Source of the DNA: Fervidicoccaceae archaeon
GTDB taxonomy: Archaea > Thermoproteota > Thermoprotei_A > Sulfolobales > Fervidicoccaceae
Direction of reading: 5' to 3'
Assembly (NCBI GenBank): GCA_039793985.1
Contig: JBAMMC010000033.1
Span: 7,186 to 71,185, forward strand
Length of the DNA stretch: 64,000 nucleotides
Shown here: piece by piece, positions 46,763 through 56,389 of the stretch
Position numbering within the stretch: the first letter of the stretch is position 1
How the letters are laid out: each line of letters begins with the position of its first letter
Program-made: the position numbers and the translations under genes
The notes under the pieces: generated by a model
Databases searched by the model: none
What the model was told of the DNA's origin: nothing
Seen by the model: the letters and a program-made list of their open reading frames with translations, nothing else

Positions 46763-48537
46763 AGAGCTTTTGGATAGTATTCATGCTTTCATTGATTTTC
46801 GTTGGATTAACAGCAGAGGGTATAACCTATCCGAGGCAAGTCGACCCTTCAAAGGTAAAGGAAGAGTGGGACCCATTGCTTCTCATTCCACTCTTTTCGT
46901 CTTTTTCTAATTCAGTTTATACTGGAAATTATGCAGCAGCTCAGGAAAATATTACCAATATTCTCATTTCTTATCTTCCCGAGTCATACAGGAATGTTTT
47001 AGAGAGAGGGGCAAGTTTGATGCAGCAACTTCTGGGGCAACTCAATCAAACGGAAGCTTTGATCAACCAAACGGAGATTTCGATCAATCAGTCCATGTTC
47101 CCAGAAGCTAGAAAAGCGATTTCTGAAGCGAGAGTACAGCTCAGTTATGCTAACATTACATATGTTTCACTGCTAGATGCTATATCAGTCCTTCCTCTAG
47201 GAGCGAATAGGCTTTCCCAGTCGCTCTCTGGAATTGCTGAGAAGATCCAATTACTGAGCTTAACTTTGAACGAACTCGAAAAGATTGCGAATAGTGAGCC
47301 TTTCATCGAGACAACAATTTCGATAACAGCTGAACCTTTGGTTGTTCGGTGGGGACACTACTTAGAGATAAAAGGTAGATTGTCTGCGAGTGGTGGCGAT
47401 CCCCTACCAGGAAGAACGGTTGAAGTTCATGTTGGAGATTTGATTATCAGTACTGTTACGGGGGAAGGAGGATATTACGATATTGCATATAACATAACAT
47501 CGTATTCTCCACAGCTAGCGGTATATGCTGAATATATACCAGTTGGCGATGACGTCTTTACATACAGGTACTCGAAGAGTGATATATTAAATGTAAGCGT
47601 CATATATGTCACTCCGAAGATTTCAGTCAATTTGAACGGAACAAGCTATTTGCCGGGAGAGACCATAATGCTAAAAATAACTTCTTACATTCAAACTGAG
47701 GTTCCCTTCTCTGTAATCTCGGCAATTGGTAACTATACGGGAACTCTCTATAATGAGACCGAAGTGAATTTGAAGGTTCCCTCTTATATTGAGGATGGAG
47801 TGTACACCATCAATGTGATAACTCCTCCAGTGGGAGATATCGCTCCATTTGTCTGGAGTACCAATTTGACTGTGCATAGGCTTAATCTTTCGTTATCTTT
47901 TGTTCTGCCACAGAGGTTGATTTCAGGGAAGACTTATGTCATGAATGTGGAAACTCCGGTTCCATGCAATTTGTCGGTTTCTTCCAGCGCTGGAGAAGCC
48001 AAAGTTGAGGGGTCCACCATAATTCTCCAAGTACCTCTACTTTATTTTGGAAAGTCAATGAATGTAATAATCCTCGCGGTACCAGCTGATCCTTCGTATT
48101 CTCCAGTAATAATAACTTCATCTGCTGAAGTTATCAACCCCATTCCTATCGCTGTTTCTATAACCTTGGGAGCAGTGGCGCTCTTGTACATCGCAAAGAA
48201 GCTCCTAGCCGTCTCAAAAGAGATAGCAGCTCCAAAATTGCCTTCAATACCTCTGAGAACAGAAGAGGAAGAAAGTAGTGTGATGCAGGGAATTTATTCT
48301 CAGATCCGCAAGCTATATGGAATAAATATGGAGCCCTGGATGACCTACAGAGAGTACTTGAACAAATTAACGGAGAGGGCAGAGGAAGAAATAGTGTATC
48401 TTTTGAAAGATATACTATACAAGCTAGAGAGATTTCTGTACGGAGGAAGAGAATACTCTTCATTGCTCAGAGTTGCTGAGGAGAGGGCGCGTCTCTTATA
48501 TAGAAAACTTAAGTCAATGATAGGTGGCAAAAAATGA
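46759..48537 (+). CDS. Large exported protein with a C-terminal TM and a DUF4129-like cytoplasmic tail
   Basis: Signal-like N-terminus, many N-x-S/T sequons, beta-rich middle, TM (IAVSITLGAVALLYIA) and tail YREYLNKL...YKLERFLYGGREYS resembling DUF4129 (from memory). Confidence 0.5.
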   Translation: MKSFWIVFMLSLIFVGLTAEGITYPRQVDPSKVKEEWDPLLLIPLFSSFSNSVYTGNYAAAQENITNILISYLPESYRNVLERGASLMQQLLGQLNQTEALINQTEISINQSMFPEARKAISEARVQLSYANITYVSLLDAISVLPLGANRLSQSLSGIAEKIQLLSLTLNELEKIANSEPFIETTISITAEPLVVRWGHYLEIKGRLSASGGDPLPGRTVEVHVGDLIISTVTGEGGYYDIAYNITSYSPQLAVYAEYIPVGDDVFTYRYSKSDILNVSVIYVTPKISVNLNGTSYLPGETIMLKITSYIQTEVPFSVISAIGNYTGTLYNETEVNLKVPSYIEDGVYTINVITPPVGDIAPFVWSTNLTVHRLNLSLSFVLPQRLISGKTYVMNVETPVPCNLSVSSSAGEAKVEGSTIILQVPLLYFGKSMNVIILAVPADPSYSPVIITSSAEVINPIPIAVSITLGAVALLYIAKKLLAVSKEIAAPKLPSIPLRTEEEESSVMQGIYSQIRKLYGINMEPWMTYREYLNKLTERAEEEIVYLLKDILYKLERFLYGGREYSSLLRVAEERARLLYRKLKSMIGGKK

Positions 48538-49508
48538 AACAATATTTGGTTTTTGGGCTGATTTTCGCTATTGCTGTCGTGCTGCTCATCGTAGCTGAGG
48601 TACCATCGAAAGATGATTTCTCTCCAGACAACCCGCTCTTCAATGGTCTTTCCCAAGCATCCAAAATAGCTGATATACAGACGGTTACCATAGGCTCTCT
48701 CGGTTCTCTACCACCGAATTCTACACTGTTCATAATTGGACCAGACAAAGCATTCACGGAAAATCAGGCAGATGAAATCAGAGGTTTCCTTGAAAGAGGA
48801 GGAAGTGTGGTAGTTATGGATGACTTTGGAACTGCGAATTCGCTCCTCATGATGCTCGGAGTGGATACAAGGCTAAATGGAAGCTTACTAATGGATCCCC
48901 TCTATATGTACAGAATCCCTGCTCTACCTTTGGTCAGATTCAATTTGAAAGGCGAAGAAATGAACGTTTATTTCAATTATGCCACAGTACTGGAAGGTAC
49001 TGACAATGGAAAGTGTATCGCCTACAGCTCCCCTTTTAGCTTTCTTGATTTGAATGGCAATGGAAAAAAAGATCCTGAAGAGCCGTATGGACCCTTCTGT
49101 GTAGCTGAGTCTTTAAAAAACTTCCAAGGGAGGCTCATCGTGATTTCTGATTCAAGCGTATTCATAAATTCTATGTTGGATAAGGGAGACAATGAGAAGC
49201 TCTTGGATGCATTGGTGGGCAACGGAAGAGCCTTTCTTCTTACTGGGCTTTGGAATCAGAGCGAATATACTATAATAAGGTCTTCCATTTCAGGAGGATT
49301 TTCAGCATTGATGAATACCTGGCTGCTCTATCCTTTCGCTCTCGCCCTGTTGTTTGTTGGCATGGAGGTGGGGAGCATTTTATATATACATCTACAGATG
49401 AAGAGTAGGAAAGGATATTCCCAAGAAGATATCGAAGCGATACTCAGGAGACATCCTGAGTGGAAAAGAGAGGAAATCGAGGAGCTTTTGGAGGAGATGA
49501 AAAAGTGA
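48534..49508 (+). CDS. DUF4350-like membrane-anchored protein
   Basis: N-terminal and C-terminal TM segments. STLFIIGPDKAFTENQADEIRGFLERGGSVVVMDDFG resembles the DUF4350 core (from memory). Confidence 0.5.
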   Translation: MKQYLVFGLIFAIAVVLLIVAEVPSKDDFSPDNPLFNGLSQASKIADIQTVTIGSLGSLPPNSTLFIIGPDKAFTENQADEIRGFLERGGSVVVMDDFGTANSLLMMLGVDTRLNGSLLMDPLYMYRIPALPLVRFNLKGEEMNVYFNYATVLEGTDNGKCIAYSSPFSFLDLNGNGKKDPEEPYGPFCVAESLKNFQGRLIVISDSSVFINSMLDKGDNEKLLDALVGNGRAFLLTGLWNQSEYTIIRSSISGGFSALMNTWLLYPFALALLFVGMEVGSILYIHLQMKSRKGYSQEDIEAILRRHPEWKREEIEELLEEMKK

Positions 49509-50461
49509 CGTCTCGAGATCTCAGAGAGAGATTGAAGAGTGTAATGGAAGAAATTGGGAAATATATAGTTGGACAGGAGGATCTATTCAGATTGCTTGCC
49601 GTTTCCCTTCTCAGTGGAGGGCATCTACTCCTTAGGGGACCACCTGGAACTGCGAAGACTCTGACTTCCAGGCTTCTAGCAATGTCTATAGGAGGAACAT
49701 TCAAGAGGATCCAGATGACTTCGGACATGCTTCCAAGTGACCTCATTGGTTCGATTTTCTATGACCTGGGAAGGTGGGAATGGTCCTTTAGGGAGGGTCC
49801 CCTGTTCGCGAACGTCGTGCTCATAGACGAGCTAAACAGAGCTTCGCCGAGGACACAAGCAGCTCTCCTCGAGGCAATGCAGGAGGGGAAAGTCAGTGTA
49901 GAGGGACAGACAAGAGAGCTGCCGAAGCCTCTGCTGGTCGTCGCCACTGAGATAGCATATTTGGAGGAACCCGGTACTTTTCCCCTGACCTTCACCGTAA
50001 CCGATAGATTTGCTTTTTCATATATGATGAGATACCCAGATATTTCAGCAGAGGAGACGATACTCGAAAGAGTAGACTTGATAGATAATGCGATATATGG
50101 AAGAGGAATAGAGCCAGTGCTTTCCCCCGAGGAAGTCAGTATTTTGCAGGGTGAAGTGAGGAAGATTTTTGTTAGTGATAAGGTGAGGCATTACATAGCT
50201 TCGTTACTCTCCTACTTCAGAGGGAGCAAAGATCTTCTCGCCCCGCCGAGCACAAGGGCTTCCATATGGATGCTCAAAGGATCCAGGGCCCTCGCATATA
50301 TGGAGGGAATGGAGTTCGTCCTGCCAGATCACGTGAAAGCAATAGCTCCATATGTACTTAGGCACAGGATCTTTTTGAAGCCAGAGGTTTCCCTCAGTGG
50401 AAAAAAGCAGGAGGACGTCATTGAGGAAGCGTTGAAAAAAGTAGAGGTGCCGAAGGTTTGA
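49505..50461 (+). CDS. MoxR-family AAA+ ATPase
   Basis: IVGQEDL, Walker A LLLRGPPGTAKT, Walker B VVLIDELNRASPRTQAALLEAMQE. GTG start at 49505 overlaps the preceding stop (GTGA). Confidence 0.9.
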   Translation: MTSRDLRERLKSVMEEIGKYIVGQEDLFRLLAVSLLSGGHLLLRGPPGTAKTLTSRLLAMSIGGTFKRIQMTSDMLPSDLIGSIFYDLGRWEWSFREGPLFANVVLIDELNRASPRTQAALLEAMQEGKVSVEGQTRELPKPLLVVATEIAYLEEPGTFPLTFTVTDRFAFSYMMRYPDISAEETILERVDLIDNAIYGRGIEPVLSPEEVSILQGEVRKIFVSDKVRHYIASLLSYFRGSKDLLAPPSTRASIWMLKGSRALAYMEGMEFVLPDHVKAIAPYVLRHRIFLKPEVSLSGKKQEDVIEEALKKVEVPKV

Positions 50462-51774
50462 GTATGAAGCCCGGCAGGGGGCTGCTTCCTATAGCAATTT
50501 CCGTTCTTCTTTTATTGCCACTTCTATCGAGAGGAGACTTATTTGTCGATCTCCTGTTCTTTCTTCTGGTCTCGATTCTGATCTCATCTTTCTTACATGC
50601 GATATACCTGAAAAAAGCTGAATGTGTTATATTGGAAGACACGGAAAAAGTGAGAGAAGTCCTGGTAACAGAGGAGCTTCGAGAAACTCTGACCTTGAGT
50701 GGTTGTGGGCATATCTCGGAAATCTTGCTTCCCAGCTGGGCAAAAGCACAACGGGTTGAGGAAAGCGATGGCAAAGTTAACATACATGTTGTATATTCTT
50801 TTCCCTCCTCTGGTAAATATACTATGGGTAGCCTCAAGGTTTTAGTCTCATCCATCATTGATGTTCTGAGGATTGGGAAAGAAGTGAGTGTCAAGAGATC
50901 CTTCAAAGTAAGACCCGAATCTTCATTTTGGCTACTCAGGGCACTATCCTTTCTTGGAATAGGAGCAACTAGAGGAAAAGAAGCAACAATGGGGGGTGAA
51001 GGAGGCTTCGTGTGGGGAGCTTTCTTCTCTTCTCTCATATTCGGACGAAAAGGTGAGGAGTTCTTCGGAGTAAGGCCTATGCTCCCGGAAGATAACCCAA
51101 AAATGATCGACTGGAAGTCTTCGCTCAGATTGCTTCAGCTCTCCGTGAAAGAGTACAAGTCTTCTCCTCAAGATTTGGGAACCACAATTATAGCAGACTA
51201 CAGATGTAGTGGTTCCAGGACTTGCGATTCAATAGCTTCATCATTGATTTCCCTAGGGCTTTTTCTCGCGGAATCAGGATACCCTTCTCCCCTTCTGCTC
51301 GAACTTCCCGAAAGGAGAACTCTGAAATTTTCAGACTCGAAAAAGTTGCTTTCGTACCTTCTCGAAAAAGTAATTGAAAGGAATTTAGTCTATTTAGATG
51401 AAGCAGAACTCTATGAGCTCACCGCCCCCATGACTTTGGAGGAAATAAGAAAAATTCTCTCGGATCTTTACAAAGAAGGGATGCAAAAAGTTTACGGTAA
51501 CCCATATCAATGGGAGAGTTTCGTTTCTCCAAGTCAGGTCATGGTCACCTCGATCCTGCATGACCCTCTGACTCCCATAGATATAGCTTCGGAATCATCG
51601 TCGAAAGGTTATGCTCTTAATATTATAGCGCCGAGCAAACCTTGGATCGATGCTAGGGATCTGGAGGTGGCTTATATAGCCAAAAGAAGCTACGAGTTGA
51701 CTGTGGAAAAGCTGAGATCGCTCGGAGCACGCGTTATCGAATGGAGGTGGAAAAAGAGTGAGATCCAGAATTGA
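50458..51774 (+). CDS. DUF58-family protein (MoxR partner, vWA-related)
   Basis: N-terminal TM pair. GEEFFGVRPMLPEDNPKMIDWKSSLRLLQLSVKEY matches the DUF58 core (G.EF..R.Y..GD....IDWK). Confidence 0.7.
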   Translation: MSMKPGRGLLPIAISVLLLLPLLSRGDLFVDLLFFLLVSILISSFLHAIYLKKAECVILEDTEKVREVLVTEELRETLTLSGCGHISEILLPSWAKAQRVEESDGKVNIHVVYSFPSSGKYTMGSLKVLVSSIIDVLRIGKEVSVKRSFKVRPESSFWLLRALSFLGIGATRGKEATMGGEGGFVWGAFFSSLIFGRKGEEFFGVRPMLPEDNPKMIDWKSSLRLLQLSVKEYKSSPQDLGTTIIADYRCSGSRTCDSIASSLISLGLFLAESGYPSPLLLELPERRTLKFSDSKKLLSYLLEKVIERNLVYLDEAELYELTAPMTLEEIRKILSDLYKEGMQKVYGNPYQWESFVSPSQVMVTSILHDPLTPIDIASESSSKGYALNIIAPSKPWIDARDLEVAYIAKRSYELTVEKLRSLGARVIEWRWKKSEIQN

Positions 51775-52177
51775 AGGGGTATTCCTTTTCGCTTTAATCA
51801 TGACTTTGCTTCCATCGATTTCTGTTTCTGCTCAGGAAAACCCTCAGGATCCCTTTCCAGCCGTTCTGAACAAACTCGTTTATTTGAACTCTATGAATGT
51901 CAATGTGACATCTTTAGTAGATAATTTGAACAAGGCCCTTATTCTATATCAGAATGGAAATATTTCCCAAGCTATTGAAATAATAAACCAGGTTGATAGT
52001 AACGCCACCTTATTGATGAACCAGGCAGAAAGCATACATTATAAACATCTGGTTGAGAAGTATTCGGAAGTAGCGATTCTGCTCTCAATACCCATCGTAA
52101 TATATTTCCTGCTTCCAAGAGCATATGCCTACTACTGGTTCGTTTCGAGAAAAAGATGGAAGGTGAGGGAGAAGTGA
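51758..52177 (+). CDS. Exported helical protein with a C-terminal TM anchor
   Basis: Signal peptide FLFALIMTLLPSISVSAQE, N-glycosylation sequons and a C-terminal TM. Confidence 0.4.
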   Translation: MRSRIEGVFLFALIMTLLPSISVSAQENPQDPFPAVLNKLVYLNSMNVNVTSLVDNLNKALILYQNGNISQAIEIINQVDSNATLLMNQAESIHYKHLVEKYSEVAILLSIPIVIYFLLPRAYAYYWFVSRKRWKVREK

Positions 52178-52674
52178 CTTTCCTCGACGATGAAGAAGTT
52201 TTTGCTGTTATAATAGCTATTGCAGTGGTTGGATCGGTTCTCGGAGCAGCCATGATACTGAGGTCCTCATCAGGGGAAAAGTTTGGAGCCATTGGGCTTC
52301 TGAATGATCAATGCAAGATCGGTAACTATCCTGCTGCAGCCGTAAATGGGAGTGAAGTAAACCTGTGCCTCTTTGTCTATAATCATTACGGTGAACCGAC
52401 TTACTTTAAAGTTGAGTACAAAATCGGTGACAATTCTACGCTACCAACCAACAGTACAGCTTCTCCCTTGCATGAGCTGAAGGAGTGGAGGGTAATATTG
52501 AATAACAATGAAAACGCTACTTTTCCCATAAGCGTACCTGTCTATGCAGCTGTTGGAACGGGAGAAGAAAAAGCTCTCATCTTCGAGCTGTGGATTTACA
52601 ACCTCAGCGATCAATCATGGGAGTATTCGGGTCTTTGGACAGATTTGTACATAAATATCACCGGGGTAAGATAG
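52156..52674 (+). CDS. Protein resembling the extracellular C-terminal half of DUF1616
   Basis: Single N-terminal TM, then FGAIGLLNDQCKIGNYPAAAVNGSEVNLCLFVYNHYGEPTYFKVEYKIG. This is like the F.EL.LL....YP....v.v.N.E...Y.v segment of DUF1616 proteins (from memory). Confidence 0.4.
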   Translation: MEGEGEVTFLDDEEVFAVIIAIAVVGSVLGAAMILRSSSGEKFGAIGLLNDQCKIGNYPAAAVNGSEVNLCLFVYNHYGEPTYFKVEYKIGDNSTLPTNSTASPLHELKEWRVILNNNENATFPISVPVYAAVGTGEEKALIFELWIYNLSDQSWEYSGLWTDLYINITGVR

Positions 52675-52677
52675 AGG

Positions 52678-53256
52678 ATGGAGGAAACCTTAGAGGAATA
52701 TGTAAAAAAGCTGGCTAAAGGGAAAAGGGCAGGCTACAGGGAGATAAAGATCGTTATGGACAAAGTGAAAAGAGGAGAGCTTATGCTGGAGGATCCTATG
52801 CCTCCAGGAAACTTTCGAGAGTACCTTTTCACTCCTTCCTATTCCGCATGGTTGTGGACTTCTATAACTATACTCGTCATATCTCTATTCATTATAGCTT
52901 TGTCTTCCTTTCTCCAATTTCTGCTACCGCTAAGATACATCCTTGGAAGCATATTCGTTCTATTCTTGCCGGGCTATGCTCTCATAGAAGCTCTCTATCC
53001 TCTCGAAACCGACCTTTCCCCACTGGAAAGGTTAGCGCTCAGCATCGGTTTATCTCTAGCTTTAGTCCCTCTACTTGGTTTACTGTTGAACTATACACCT
53101 TGGGGGATCAGATTAAATCCCGTAGCAATATCTCTCTCTCTTCTGACTCTATTGATGCTCCTAGTTGCTTCCTGGAGGAAGTATTCAGCTCTGCGCATAC
53201 TTTATGCGGGTGAAGACAAAAAGAAGAATTCAGCTTTCTCTCAGCTCTCTGGATAG
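52678..53256 (+). CDS. Protein resembling the N-terminal membrane half of DUF1616
   Basis: LFLPGYALIEALYP...LSPLERLALSIGLSLALVPLLGLLLNYTPWGIRLNPV matches the DUF1616 membrane core (from memory). Confidence 0.5.
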   Translation: MEETLEEYVKKLAKGKRAGYREIKIVMDKVKRGELMLEDPMPPGNFREYLFTPSYSAWLWTSITILVISLFIIALSSFLQFLLPLRYILGSIFVLFLPGYALIEALYPLETDLSPLERLALSIGLSLALVPLLGLLLNYTPWGIRLNPVAISLSLLTLLMLLVASWRKYSALRILYAGEDKKKNSAFSQLSG

Positions 53257-54144
53257 GCTCTCAATCATCTTCTTTAGCCTTATTTCCATCCTCTTCAGGT
53301 AGAGCGAAAGTATGCCTAACAAAAAGGCAATGAAGCCTGATGATGTCATAGTTATTGCTGCTATACCTTTTACGTAGTAATTGATATCGTATAGAAAATA
53401 ATAGTAGGCTACATAGACACCGAGCAAAATTCCTGGAATAAGGAGAACGCTGGAAAGGAAAAAGATGAACGAAACAGGGCTATATCTCCAGGCTAATCTA
53501 ATTATGTCTCTACCTATTAATATCCCATGCCATACTTTCAGCTTCTTCTCGCCTAGCCTGCTTCTATATTCGATTGGAACCTCACAAACTTTCTCTCCAA
53601 CACCGGTGAAATAGGAAACTAGCTCTGCCTCAATGCTGAAGCCTTTCATTTCGAAAAGAGAGCCCTTCAGCCTTTCCCTATCAATTAGATACATTCCAGT
53701 GAGGATATCATTGAGCCCTACGCCAAAGTAAAAGTTGAAGATTTTGTTCAAAATCCAATTGCCGAATCTGTTCAAGATCCCTATATTTTCTCTACCCTCT
53801 CTTCTCACTCCCAAAACAAGTCCGCAGTCTTCCTTCCTCGCTTTCTCTAAAAGCTCTGGGATGTGCTTAGCTGGATAAGTTCCATCTCCATCCATGACTA
53901 ATGCGTACTTAGTATCGGCTTCTTCGAGCCCTAGTTTAACAGCATCAGCCTTACCATCTCCTTTTTGCTGAATAACTTTTGCTCCTAGCTCTTTTGCGAG
54001 CTCGGGAGTCCCATCTTTGCTATTCCCATCTACTACAATTATTCTGTCGGGCTCTATACCAACTCCCTTGACCTCTTCAATAACTCTGGATATCCCTTCT
54101 CTCTCGTTCTTTGTCGGTATTATAACTGTAACTTCGTCGAGCAC
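53230..54144 (-). CDS. GT2 polyprenyl-phosphate glycosyltransferase (Dpm1/GtrB-like) with two C-terminal TM segments
   Basis: VIIPTKNE, VVDGNSKDGT and MDGDGTY (DxD), followed by two C-terminal TM helices. Confidence 0.85.
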   Translation of the reverse strand: MLDEVTVIIPTKNEREGISRVIEEVKGVGIEPDRIIVVDGNSKDGTPELAKELGAKVIQQKGDGKADAVKLGLEEADTKYALVMDGDGTYPAKHIPELLEKARKEDCGLVLGVRREGRENIGILNRFGNWILNKIFNFYFGVGLNDILTGMYLIDRERLKGSLFEMKGFSIEAELVSYFTGVGEKVCEVPIEYRSRLGEKKLKVWHGILIGRDIIRLAWRYSPVSFIFFLSSVLLIPGILLGVYVAYYYFLYDINYYVKGIAAITMTSSGFIAFLLGILSLYLKRMEIRLKKMIESLSRELRES

Positions 54145-54195
54145 GTCTTCCGCTCCCCATTTCTCTATAGATTTAAAAAATATTTATGTTTCTTT

Positions 54196-54861
54196 CTACT
54201 TTTTCTCCAATTTTCCCTTCTCGAGATGGTATTCTTCCCATCCAGCTTTTCCAGAACCCTCGAGCTCAGTAGTTGATATTATGATCCCCGCATGGTTCTT
54301 CGTCATATAGGACTCTAGAACTTCGAACACTCTATCCGAATTGTCTTCATCTAAGAAGCTAGTAGGCTCATCGGCAATTATCACTTTCGGATTAGAAATA
54401 AGAGCTCTCGCTATAAGAGCTCTCTGCTTTTGTCCTCCCGAAAGTTCTTTAGGCCTTCTCTCCGCCAGCGATGCGATACCAAGCGACTCCATGAGTTCTC
54501 TTGCCCTCTCATCCGCTTCATCTTCTTTCCATTTCCTGACTATAAGTGGAAGGACGATATTTTCCCTTATGCTGAGGTCATCGATTAAATCGGGGAATTG
54601 GGGGATATAAGAAATCTCTCTTCTCAACTCATCGCGTTTTTTGGGATTTTCTTTCCAGACGTCTACACCCCTGTATATAACCTCACCACCAAGTGGTCTT
54701 TTCAGTAGTGCTGCGATCTTCAAAAGTGTGGTCTTCCCCACTCCACTTCTACCGCGTACTACTACTGCCTTCCCTTCTTCGAGAGAGAGATTTACTCTCT
54801 CGAGAACTATCTCCTTCCCATATTTCGAAGTTACACCTACCAATTCAAGAAGTTTTTCCAA
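54196..54861 (-). CDS. ABC transporter ATP-binding protein (MacB/LolD/FtsE-like)
   Basis: Walker A GRSGVGKTT, signature LSGGQKQR, Walker B VIIADEPTSFLD. Confidence 0.9.
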   Translation of the reverse strand: MEKLLELVGVTSKYGKEIVLERVNLSLEEGKAVVVRGRSGVGKTTLLKIAALLKRPLGGEVIYRGVDVWKENPKKRDELRREISYIPQFPDLIDDLSIRENIVLPLIVRKWKEDEADERARELMESLGIASLAERRPKELSGGQKQRALIARALISNPKVIIADEPTSFLDEDNSDRVFEVLESYMTKNHAGIIISTTELEGSGKAGWEEYHLEKGKLEKK

Positions 54862-56389
54862 CGAATAAACTCACCCCTCCATTTGAATAGACGAGAGAGG
54901 AACTAGAGCTCAACTTCGCTAAAATTTGGTCCCCTATCCTCAGAGTTTTGCCAGTATCCAAAAGCATTCCTCTTTCCGTCATGTAAACTGAAATCAAAAT
55001 ATTCCCTCCAGTGGTGAGATTCCAGGTAGAAGTCCGAATACCGAGAAATGAGTTAAATAAGTAACTCATCTTAACATCGGTACTTACACACTGTAAACCT
55101 ATGTTTCGGAGCTGTTGACCAGAGGTGAGCTCGCTTTCACTGAAAGTCCAAAATCCACCGGGAGATTCGGCTATTCCAAGCTGAACTGAAAAAAACGTAA
55201 AAAGCATGATTATGCTATAACAAAGCACCAACAAGAAAATTACCTTTTTCTCATTCTTTCCAAGTCCGGCAACAAGCGCTATAGCTAGTGGTATTATGAG
55301 GAATGTGGACAGCCTGCCAAGCAAGTCCACTTTAATGGGGATATTTTCATAAATTGTGAAGATCATGATGGACCCCACTGCCGAAAAAAGTAACCAGGGG
55401 ATCATCCCTTCTATATTCTGAGAATAACTGAGAGCTGAAGCTAAAAACAAGAGAGAAAATGAGAGCGAAATAGCGTACCAAGTCCATTCTTCCCCAAAGA
55501 ATCCCAAGTCATTAGATAAGTATACTGATAAGATTGAAAGAGGTATTGCTGTGAAAGCAGCAGGCTTGAAGAACCTCAATAATTTTTCGCTTTTTTCAAA
55601 TGAGCTGTAGAGAATAACAGTCAACAAGGAAAATAGGGTTGTCCACGTAACAAGCGATGCTCCTAGATAAAAGCTTGCCACACTAAGCGTGCTCAATCTT
55701 CCCAGAAAGAAATATTGAAGAAAAGCAGGCAAAAGTGAGATGGCAAGAAGTATCGAGAAGCGAAGAGGATCTATCGGTCTGTATTGGAGAAGCGAAATGA
55801 GGCTCCAGGAAAAGATCGCCCATAATGACACGATGAGAACCAGAGTAGTTAAATGATGAGTTATAGCTAGAGCAGATGAAGATAGTAAAGCTATGAAGTA
55901 GCTCATATTGTCTCCCTTTTCCTTAAGCACTGCATAGAGGGCTGTGCCAAACAAAGGATATGCCACTCCTTCCTTCACGAGACCAATGCTCATTAAGATC
56001 ATACTTGTTGTGGTTCCCACTACTAAAGCTATAGTTAAGGTGCTGTGCTTCCTATAAAGGCTAGCTGAGATAGCTGAAAGTATCAGAATAAAATCAATGA
56101 ATGAAATTATTGGGAAGAGAGAAGCTGAAATCAAGATGTTTAATCCACTACTCAGAGAGAAGATGGAAGCTGAAATACTTGCCCCTGGCCAAAAGTTATT
56201 GTAACCATCGAATTCTCCGCTGAAAAGGCTTATTGGAGATCTCTCTGTGAAGACATATGCGTCTCGTACGACACCTGCTGAGTCAATAGAAAGAGAGAAC
56301 CCGTGCTCTATGAAGGGAATTGCTCTTATCAGCAAGATAAAGGATATGATTGCCACAGTGAATATGAATTCAGTCCTCTTCATAGGCAT
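54845..56389 (-). CDS. Polytopic membrane protein (about 12-13 TM) with a C-terminal soluble domain; possible GT-C-like enzyme
   Basis: Acidic residues in the first loop (SIDSAGVVRDAYVF), an ITHHLT segment and a C-terminal ~110-aa non-membrane domain. The family assignment is a guess. Confidence 0.4.
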   Translation of the reverse strand: MPMKRTEFIFTVAIISFILLIRAIPFIEHGFSLSIDSAGVVRDAYVFTERSPISLFSGEFDGYNNFWPGASISASIFSLSSGLNILISASLFPIISFIDFILILSAISASLYRKHSTLTIALVVGTTTSMILMSIGLVKEGVAYPLFGTALYAVLKEKGDNMSYFIALLSSSALAITHHLTTLVLIVSLWAIFSWSLISLLQYRPIDPLRFSILLAISLLPAFLQYFFLGRLSTLSVASFYLGASLVTWTTLFSLLTVILYSSFEKSEKLLRFFKPAAFTAIPLSILSVYLSNDLGFFGEEWTWYAISLSFSLLFLASALSYSQNIEGMIPWLLFSAVGSIMIFTIYENIPIKVDLLGRLSTFLIIPLAIALVAGLGKNEKKVIFLLVLCYSIIMLFTFFSVQLGIAESPGGFWTFSESELTSGQQLRNIGLQCVSTDVKMSYLFNSFLGIRTSTWNLTTGGNILISVYMTERGMLLDTGKTLRIGDQILAKLSSSSSLVYSNGGVSLFVGKTS

